NCBI GenBank assembly: GCA_023515725.1
Contig: JALDTO010000146.1
Location: 1-64,000, forward strand
Direction of reading: 5' to 3'
Origin: Amoeboaphelidium protococcarum X5
Lineage: Eukaryota; Fungi; Aphelidiomycota
DNA: 64,000 nucleotides
The position numbers and the translations under genes were made by a program. The notes below the pieces were generated by a model that was not told the DNA's origin, made no database searches, and saw only the letters and a program-made list of their open reading frames with translations. Of the stretch, positions 54,629-64,000 are shown in pieces; position 1 is the stretch's first letter, and every line of letters begins with the position of its first letter.

Positions 54629-55067
54629 ATTCCTCTTTAATAGACTGAGAGAGCGACATTACACCTCAAGTTACACCATAGAACTGAATTGAAACAAAGA
54701 TAAAATCCGCCCAGCTAATGGCAAAAGTCGAACGCGTTCACTGAATAGACGATTCAAACCTGACAAAAAACATTTTCAGCGTTAATTGGGGGAGAGTCGA
54801 ACATGACACGCGTAATAATAAGCAGTACGATTTATAATAGGCGAAACGAGTTTGTGGGATAAAAGTGGGCGACGCAACAAGAAAGATCAAGAGTAAGAGA
54901 GTGAGAGAGGCCGTTCGCACAAAATGAATCGCTCGTGGCGCGCGTCTTTCCGAATATTTTTATCGCCTTGAGTGAGAGAGAACGTCGTCGTTATTCGAAA
55001 AAGAAAATCGATCGAGTCACTTCAATACTGATTAACTATATTACACATATACACACATCTGGTAAAC

Positions 55068-56298
55068 ATGGTGAACAATTTGGAAGCGTTTGTTACTCTA
55101 GTTACAACGTAATTTATATATTTCGTTCAATAAAGTTTTTAAATATACTCGCAATATATGTATATGTAGAGAGGATTACGTTATTGGTGCTTTGGTTCTG
55201 GCACAATCTCTAAGAGCAGTCGGTACTACACGGTAGTTGGTGGCAATGATCACTGGGAACATTAGCGCGGGTAGTTAAGAAGAGTTAAAGGCTGTTTTTA
55301 ATCAAGTCATCACTGTTGACTCTCTAAAGTCTAGCTCTCTGGACAATCTGAAAGTTCTCGGTCGTCCGGAGCTGGCGTACACTTACACTAAACTCCACAT
55401 CTGGAACTTGGTCAACTTTGACAAGGTTGTGTTCATGGACGCGGACACTCTTGTGCTCAAGAATATTGACAACCTCTTCACTGACTACCAACTATCCGGT
55501 AATGGAAGTGGTGTTGCTGCAGCTCCAGACATGGGATGGCCCGACTGCTTCAATAGTGGCGTCTTTGTTGCCAAGCCGTCCAAGGAGACTTTTGAAAATT
55601 TGATCTAATTCGCCGAGAGTCAAGGTAGTTTTGATGGTGGAGATCAGGGTCTGCTGAATGACTATTTCAAAGACTGGGCGCGTATCCCCTTCCTGTTCAA
55701 TGTTGGATTCTGTGCTCTGTACTCGTATGTTCCAGCATTTCATAGATTTCGCAGTGATGTCAAGGTGGTGCATTTCCTTGGTGATTCCAAGCCTTGGAAC
55801 TTTGACAGAAATCCAGATGGTACACCAGTGGTGCATGGAAATATCTAGACTAGTGAAGAGTTCCTGAAGCTGTGGTGGTAGATCCATGACAGGTTCTACA
55901 AGAAGGAGAGAAGCACGGGCGATGGCTCTTCTGTTCCCGTTGGCTACAAGTATAACCCAACTTAGTTCTAGCGTAATCAGGGTGGCTCTTACACGAGTGA
56001 CGATTTCAGTAGAGGTTACTCATAGTCTCAGACTGTGGAGAATACCAATCCGTTCTTCAAGAGTCGCTACGATTGGAATGAGCAAGAGCTGGGTATGAAT
56101 CTGAAGTCATCTGGCTCTGGTACTCCTGGTTCATCATCGCTGAATTAGTCTCATCTGTCTCCTGTTGGTGCTACTGGGAAGGAAGCTCATACCAGAAAGT
56201 CTAATCCTCATCTGAGTGGTGATGAAGATGAAAAGGGTGGCAGAAAGTTGCCTTTGAAGAAATAGGCGCCAGCTTACGTCAATCCTCCAAAGAAGTGA
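55068..56298 (+). CDS. GYG1: Glycogenin (GT8); intron 55109-55169
   Basis: 'EAFVTL', 'GALVLAQSL', '[16 protein letters not shown]', 'VFMDADTL', '[14 protein letters not shown]', '[11 protein letters not shown]', '[10 protein letters not shown]'. Confidence 0.95.
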
Positions 56299-56517
56299 AG
56301 AAGTAAGTGGCTGGAGATTTATATATAAAGTTGGTGCAGTAAAAGAAAAGTAATATCAAAAAGTTATGTGTGAGGTAGAAGGGAATTATAGTAGCTACTA
56401 TAACTCATTTTTTTAAAATATTGGTGCTACTCTTAATCAATTGAAACTCATTTCAGCGAGAATTATCAATAGCAATCAATTGATGACTTAAATCCACCAT
56501 GGTAGAATATAAAAGTA

Positions 56518-57918
56518 TCAGAAATCAACCTGAGGGCGAAAGTGCTTGACCAGTTTGAATGATCTAACAGCAAAACGCAGGTCCACCTTGTCATGTTAAT
56601 ACTTTTTGGCACGCACCACATCCTTCTGCATCTTGCGACGCTCCTTGAACCACTCTTCAGTTCTAACTAATTGACCACTACTACTATCCTGGTCATGTCG
56701 ACCTGATCTGCGCGAGCCACCATCAGTGTCATGAAATCTCTGCTTGTAATATCTCATCAAGGAGCGATGTCCAATGGATTTGCCACTAGGCAGTTTCCAC
56801 TCTGCAGCATCTTCATCAACATCTCCATAATCATATTCATCACAATTATCGACTTTTGACAGCTGTTGATGTTATCGCTCACCTTTGACAATCAACAAAG
56901 AATTATCAGATGCCTAATCAACAGCCATAGCATTATTATCACTGACTACAGACAAGGAATCGCGATCATCCACATCTTCCCAACCATCCTCTCCTTCTTC
57001 TTCTTCATCCTATCCAAAATCATAAAATTGGGCAATCTCATCCACAAAGTCAATATCATCAGTGCTAATCTTACAATGACCAGCACTGGCCATGTGGTTG
57101 CGCACACTCTCAATAGTCCAGAAAGTCTTCCCGCTAGTCTGGCAGTACAAGCACATGTTCCTCTCAGTGATCATATCAGCCAAGAATTGGAGCAGCGATC
57201 TCAGTCCAGTAGACTATTCAAAAACATCGCGTAACTGTGCTCTATTAGGGACGTAGAATGAATGCTTGTGTTCCATATGCAGCAAATTCTCATCCAGACT
57301 CTCGGAGTAATGACAACAGAAAAGACAGAAATGGTCAACGTCCAACTTTAATGCTTCCTTCACTTTATCATCAAGCAATGCCTGAATCTAATCCTCAGAA
57401 GTTGCACCAATCACCTTCTAATGATAACTCTTGCCTCTAAATGAATCAGCTTTCAACAATTGAAGCATCTCCGATTCCATCAGAGCTTTAACAGAGCCAT
57501 CCATCACTTCCGACGCGTCTTGTTCATCAACCACCTCGTTATTATGAGCGGCTTATTCACTTTATTAATCAGCGGCATTCTATCGCTTCATCATATCCAA
57601 ATGCTTTCTACTCACCATATGACTATTGTGAGCATTCTCAGAGCTAAAGTGCTTCTTGCACACCTGACAGTGCCACGCCTAGCCAGACATCTTCTGCTCA
57701 GTGTCCAACTTCTACTACTATTGTACTGCGATGAGACGCGCATTATACTCAGCAGCAGACACGATTGGCAGACCGGCCACTTTTCTCTTCAAATTGTATC
57801 GGTGGAAATCAGACTGATAGTGTGATTTCTATGTCACGGCATCAGCAAACTTGAGATTACAAGACACGCAGCTGTACATTTACGCCGTCGCTGGATCGCT
57901 CGTATGTCTATACTGCAT
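56518..57918 (-). CDS. REI1: Rei1/Reh1 (ZNF622) C2H2 zinc-finger pre-60S maturation factor
   Basis: 'CVSC...HYQSDFHRYNLKRKVAGLP', 'CQVCKKHF...HMVSRKH', 'CLFC', 'CLYC', 'LPSGKSIGHRSL', terminal 'HFRPQV'. Confidence 0.92.
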
Positions 57919-58441
57919 TTCAATGAGACTTTTGATATTTATAACCAGATTAAACTATTAAATATCAACCACTGTGATATGAAGATATGTAAATAGATTA
58001 GTTTACAGCAGTTGTGTAAAAAGAGAAAATGTGGGAAAAGTGATCAAACATACGAAGAACGCGTCTCTGAGATAGAACGACAGCGAGTACACACCGGAAA
58101 TAAGCACTGCACCGCCGTCGCTTTAGTATAATAGTTCAGCGTTGTATAATTAGCTAGACTTCTGTCTTATTTTAATCTAGGTATATCACGTATTGTGTAA
58201 ATTAATTAATTTTGAGTCCCAAATAAATTTGTAATACGCCAAGCAATTTAGCCTGTGCCAGATCTCCCAGCTGATTCGCCCGTTGAGTAGCACAACTACA
58301 TTGATCCAGTCACAAAGTGGTAATGGTGTAGCACACTGGAGTGCGAATAATTTGGGGGTTAGATTAGATCTTCTTTTCTTTTCTTCATTGTACTAATTAT
58401 AAATTGTTTAATAATAATAACTATAGTGACTAAATTTGAAA

Positions 58442-58816
58442 ATGAAAGTATTATTTCTGATTTTGGTAGTGTTTGTGTTGTTTCAAGCGGCAGTGCTGGC
58501 CATTCCGACCGCGCCAAAGGGTGGTGATGTTGATAAAGGCAAGGGTGGTTAGAAGCCAGATGGAGCTCCTGGGTGTGGTAACAATGGTAAATGCGAAGGT
58601 AAAAAAGATGGAGATGGTAAGGGTAAAAAGGGTGAAGATGGCAAAGGCCCAAAAGATGGCGACGGCAAGGGAAAGAGAGGTCGTAGGTGTAAGAGAAGTG
58701 TCGATGGCAAATGTAAAGATCGCAAAGGCAAGAAAGACGGAGATAAGAAAGGCGACAAAGATGGTAAGAATGGCAATGAGCAATGGAAAGGAAAAGAACA
58801 GAACCGCACTCAATGA
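58442..58816 (+). CDS. Small secreted Gly/Lys/Asp-rich low-complexity protein (124 aa, 4 Cys)
   Basis: Signal MKVLFLILVVFVLFQAAVLA; KDGDGKGK-type repeats; missed by the ORF track because of an internal TAG. Confidence 0.75.
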
Positions 58817-59304
58817 GTGAGTGAGTGATTGCTTTAGCATTCGTGTGTTTGCTCTGTTTATCGCTCCGACTTCTGTCCATGTATATATATTAATAGTATT
58901 AATGATGAATAAATTGTTCATTCTCAATAATAATAAAACTTTACTATTCAATACTGTAACAGCTGACTTTTATTAACTTTTCATGTCACTTGGACCCCGC
59001 AAACAATCATACCTGATGTGATGCAAGGGACAGTTAGATGGGTCACCGAGCATGGTAGCAAATGACATATCTACGAAACAGATGGAGACATATTAAGCCC
59101 TGGAAAACGGTACAGTAGCTTTTACAATAACTCAACTGTTAAGTCCGTTTTTGTTCAGTTTCAGTCTTATTGAAATCAAAACGTGGTTAAAAACGCGTTA
59201 AATTATAAGTGATCTGCTAAATTTTCACTGATCCTTTGATTCTGATAGCTTTATTTGATTACAAATCAGATATAAGATAAAGCATTTTTTCATTAATCAT
59301 TACA

Positions 59305-60564
59305 ATGAGTAGCAATTAGTTAAATAAGAGATAGGTGATGAGGTATTCGCGCCATTTACTCATGAAAGAGATTGGCGTCGCTGGTCAGTAAGCACTGATC
59401 GGTGGTAGAGTGCTGTTAGTCGGTATGGGAGGACTGGGATGTCCGTGCGCCATGTATCTCGCGGCTGCAGGTGTTGGTACATTAGGACTACTGGACTATG
59501 ACGTGGTGGAAGAGTCTAATCTACATCGCTAGGTGCTGCACAAAGAATCTGGTGTTGGATTGAGTAAAGTGGAATCTGCCAGTCAATTTATCGCTGATCT
59601 TAATTCAGATTGCCGCACCATTCAGTTCAATTGCTAGTTATCAAGAGAGAATGTCGTGGAAATTGTAAAGTAATTTGACGTGGTTGTGGACTGTCTCGAT
59701 AATGCACCCACTAGGTATTTGTTGAATGACGCGTGTGTCCTTACAGGCAAACCGCTGGTATCCGCATCTGCATTGAGGACTGAAGGTCAACTCACAGTGT
59801 ACAATTACAATGACTCGCCATGTTATAGATGCTTATTCCCTGAACCACCTTTCGCTGGTGCTGTTGTAAATTGTGCTGATGGCGGAGTTATTGGCTCTCT
59901 CGTTGGTACTTTAGGATCAATGCAGGCCACAGAAGTTGTCAAGATTCTCATACAGAGACATCACGCCTTGACTAGCACTTGTAACGGTTCTTCTGCTTCC
60001 AAATAAGTATAATAATAGTAAGTGACCAAGAGTTGCGATATAATGGCTAGTAAAATGCTTCTGTATAATGCTTTTATGAACTCGTTCAAGGTGATCCAGT
60101 TGCGTAAGAAGAAGCCTGACTGTTCAGTGTGTGGAGATAATCCAACCATCACAGCGGATAATTTACCTGATTATGAGCAGTTTTGTGGATAGAAATCTTG
60201 CGATAAATCCAAGTCGCTTAAATTGTTATCTGAATAAGATAGAATAACTGTGCAAGAGTACGAAGCTATACAGCGTAACGGGACTGCACATAGATTGATT
60301 GATGTTCGAGACGAACTGCAGTTTTAGATTGTCTCGCTACCTGATGCTATCAACATTCCTCTATCTTATTTGAATGATGATTAAATCTTATCTGATCATA
60401 ATATATAAAAGGATGAATTGATATACGTGATTTGTCGACGAGGAAACGCGTCATAGAAGGGCGTATTGCAGTTGAAGAAACTTGGCTACACCAATGTGAA
60501 GGATATAGTTGGCGGGATTACTTAGTACGCTAATTGCCTCGATGACAACATGCCAATATACTGA
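59305..60564 (+). CDS. UBA4: Uba4/MOCS3 adenylyltransferase-sulfurtransferase (ThiF + rhodanese)
   Basis: 'RYSRH', 'GMGGLGCP', 'SNLHRQ' (Q is TAG), 'PCYRCLFP', 'NCADGGV', 'DYEQFCG', 'CRRGNASQ', terminal 'MPIY'. Confidence 0.95.
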
Positions 60565-60933
60565 TATTATCATAAATCATAGTATGCTGAATAAATATTA
60601 CTAAAGGTCACATTTTTTGAATATTGTATAGACTTTATTTTTTAGTTCACTTTGTTGATTCGATAAGTGAAGTTTTTGTATGTAGATAATTTGTAGCCAC
60701 AAGTTGTCAAAATTCAGTCCGCGTCAAAGATAGAAATCAAATCTACGATCTTATAATAGACTAGATTTAAAAGTATCAATGTAAATCTCTACTAAAGTCA
60801 GCGACAATGGTCGCGACTTGTTGACCGTTAAAGAGCCAGTTTCGCTTTTCCCTCTTCAGTTCTTGCATTGTTTTGCCACCGATTGTTTTATATTTTGAAT
60901 CTTAAGAAGTAGATAAGTATATAAATATCAAAA

Positions 60934-62232
60934 ATGGAATTTGGTATATTCTTTGGATTAAATCTGGTAACTTTTCTGCTGTCATACTTTGCATCGCAGC
61001 TCCCGCTAATGATATAGATCCAAGACAAGTACATGAAATAGCTCTCTGCTGTCAGCGGCGGTCTCTTGGTGGGAACCGCTCTCCTCATCGTCATACCTGA
61101 AGGCGTGGATGCTCTATATGAAAATTGCTTATCATTGCCTGCGGAATCTACTGCTGCTGCTTTTAACAGTAAATCACGAGTTTCGAATAATAATAAAAAT
61201 AGATAGTAAAGTAGTCGAAGTACTAATAGAACATAACTTGCGAATCCTAATACCGGCAACGATGACAATGATGATGTATCTCTATAGAAGCGAGACTCTG
61301 ATGCAACGGATAATCAGGAGAATGATGAACATAAACATGGTAGCGATCATAAGGATAATAAGAGCTTCACTGTTGGTATGAGTCTACTGATTGGGTTTGC
61401 TGTAATGTTTATTGTAGATTAGAGCACATCGCATGAGCATCATCACCATCATCATCATTCTGAGGATGATAATCGAAATCGCTCATAAATTCCCCCAGTC
61501 AATAAGCGAACATTGAATAATGGCTATAAAGAGATGGATGATGAGGATCAAGGTTTAGAATTGGCGGATGTTATTTCTGCAAGTTCTTAAAAACAGCATC
61601 AGTAGACATAACATTCACGTGTGGATCATAAAATGAATCCATCTTCAATGATGATCGGAATGTTGATCCATTGTGCATCTGATGGTATTGCTATGGGAGT
61701 GTCGACATTATCAGATTCTGATCAATTGACTTTTGTAATATTCCTAGCCATTCTTCTTCATAAAGCTCCATCTGCATTTGCACTCACTGCTATTCTAATG
61801 GATAAATATCAGCTGGGTAGGCGGCGAATTAAGTAGTGGATGTTGTTATTCACTGCGATGCCGTCGCTGTCGTGTATGGTGACTTTCATAGTATTGTAGT
61901 TGTATCAAAGTATACGATTATAATCGATATCTACCAAGCATTCTGGTGATCGATAGGCGGCTTCTTGCATGTCCAATCTCACGGGATCTCTCCTGCTTGT
62001 CAGTGGTGGATCGTTCCTGTACGTGTCCTGTGTTCATATTCTACCGGAGATATTCACTAATGATCACAGCGATGGAGTTATTACCTCAGCAGCGGATCAT
62101 TAATTGAATAATTTAAGTAACAATAGTAATAACATTAATCAGCGAACGCGATAGTCTAAATGGTGGAACATTATTCTAGTCTTGATTGGAATGTTTGCAC
62201 CTATTATCCTCTCTGGTGGTCATTCTCATTGA
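60934..62232 (+). CDS. ZIP-family Zn/Mn transporter (ZIP9/Atx2-like)
   Basis: 'GLLVGTALLIVIPEG', His-rich loop, 'IGMLIHCASDGIAMG', 'FLAILLHKAPSAF', 'SGGSFLYVSCVHILPE'. Confidence 0.9.
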
Positions 62233-62386
62233 TACTATTATCGCTATTATTGTGAATATCTTGATTTCATATACATTTAGATTAAAGCGAATACTTGAGA
62301 CATTTAATAAAAATAGAGATTTTGCGTTGAATTTTCAGATCTTCTTCTCTTTAGCATTGATAGTTATTAGCGGCTGCGTTAAAATA

Positions 62387-64000
62387 ATGATGAGCTACGT
62401 CAGGTTATCAAGAGGTCTTTAAATCTCGAATAGATATTCATTTAATAGATTATAAAATAAGGCTTCTGTTTTAATTGCTGTAAATTAATTAAATGGAAGA
62501 CTATTTGCATAAGTGGCCGCGTAAACTAAAAGTAACTTGAAAACGCGCCCACCAATCGTCACCATATTAGGACATATCGATACTGGAAAGACTACTCTGC
62601 TGGACACTTTGCGCAAGACTAGTGTTGTAAAGTCGGAGGCTGGTGGAATTACACAGCATATTGGCGCGTTCAGTGTGGATTTACAGTCCGGTGCCAAGAT
62701 TACCTTTGTTGATACTCCCGGTCATTAGCTATTCACATCCATGCGTGCTAGAGGTGTTCAGGTGACTGATATCGCCGTTCTCGTGGTGGCTATTAATGAT
62801 GGTGTATCCCCTACCACCATAGAGGCTATCAAACACGCCCAGGCAGCGCATGTTCCGATTATAATCGCCCTGAATAAATGTGATCTACCAGGTATAAATA
62901 TCGAGCGGTAGAGGGACATGATCTTTCGCCAACTAATGGACCATGATATTGTTGTGGAAGAGTATGGCGGTGATGTACAGGTGGCAGAGATTAGTGCTCT
63001 CAAAGGTCATGGTTTAGATAGATTGGAGGAATGTATCACGACTCTGGCAGAGATTATGGAATTGAAAGCGGACCCCGGTGCTAGATGTGAGGGAGTCGTG
63101 TTGGAATCAAAGCAGGTGAAAGGTAAGGGAACGGTGGCTACTATTCTAGTGCAGTAAGGCACATTATCCACTGGCTCTATTATGGTGTTCTCTAATGGCA
63201 AGTCATGGGTTCGGATCAGGGCGATGCACAATGATAAACTTAAAGTGATCAAATCTGCCGGCCCATCAGCTCCTGTTGAGATTATCGGCGCATGGACTGG
63301 GTAGGACCACGTTATCGCTGGAGATAGTGCATAGTAAGTGGCTACGGAACAGGAAGCTAAATAGCTGCATGATGACTATCTATAGAGGTAGAGGCGCGAC
63401 AAGATGGCCGCCGAAGCCGTGAATGCTTCCAATAATAAATTGGATAGTTCTAGTTTTGAGTATAAGAAATAGCTGTATGATCGTAAAGTTGCGCAGGTAT
63501 AACGATTGAAAATGACCAACAATCGCCCCCAGTATTACCAGAGTCTTCGTGAAGCTCGTGCATTGAAAGAGGAATTAGAACTGATGCAGAAGGATTAGTA
63601 ATCTATCTCTAATAATGGAGTTGATATCAATAGTGGCGTTTCTGCGTAATAAAAAGTCCATGAACTGAATGTAGTTCTCAAGGGAGATGTATATGGATCA
63701 GTTGATGCGGTGCGATATGCTCTAGATACTATGGTGGCTAATGCTAATAAGAAGGCCAGAAATGCGGATGAACAGATTAGCATAAAGATTTTGCATTCAG
63801 CCGTCGGTCCGATAACTCAGTCAGATGTGGACTTACTTGCAGCGACAAAGAATATGAAAAATAGTCGTTTGAATAGCCAAAGTGGTGGTTCATTTAGTAG
63901 TAGAAGTGGATCTCAACTATAATAATCTCAAGCTATTCCAGCTCTGATTGCATTCAATCTTCCATAGCCAAAGCAACTGTCTGCATACATAACGTAACAC
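62387..64000 (+). CDS. IFM1: Mitochondrial translation initiation factor IF-2 (3'-partial)
   Basis: '[20 protein letters not shown]', '[12 protein letters not shown]', 'DTPGH', 'MRARG', 'NKCD', 'EEYGGDV', '[11 protein letters not shown]'; runs off the window end. Confidence 0.92.

Noticed and set aside
58359-58951. Three overlapping minus-strand ORFs, including a hydrophobic 166-aa one
   Set aside because: Antisense of the Gly/Lys-rich secreted protein, which has a clear signal peptide on the + strand.

Overview
Gene-dense eukaryotic nuclear DNA: about 41 protein genes in 64 kb, a few short (54-112 nt) spliceosomal introns and short intergenic spacers. It is read with a non-standard code in which TAA and TAG encode Gln and TGA is the stop (translation-table-6 type). 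This is why the supplied standard-code ORF track is fragmented; with TAR=Gln the fragments join into full-length genes. The mix of fungus-like genes (Tda10, Csr1-like, Mst1, Bye1, Rei1, Uba4, ACGCGT promoter boxes), genes lost in Dikarya (eukaryotic urocanase) and TAR=Gln suggests an aphelid such as Amoeboaphelidium protococcarum (inference). Most notable observations: (1) a 1167-aa protein with two nucleophile-less alpha/beta-hydrolase domains fused to an intact PKA-type kinase; (2) an apparent fission of UTP7/WDR46 into two separately initiated ORFs; (3) loci where TAA may still act as, or be a relic of, a stop; (4) a bacterial-type Cys-rich four-helix copper-storage-like protein; (5) a secreted EF-hand/KR-cleaved amphipathic-peptide precursor and a Crinkler-type NTPase-REase effector; (6) an intergenic C/D-box snoRNA-like RNA; (7) a G-quadruplex/telomere-like repeat at the window start. 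Coordinates were derived by hand and may be off by a few bases.
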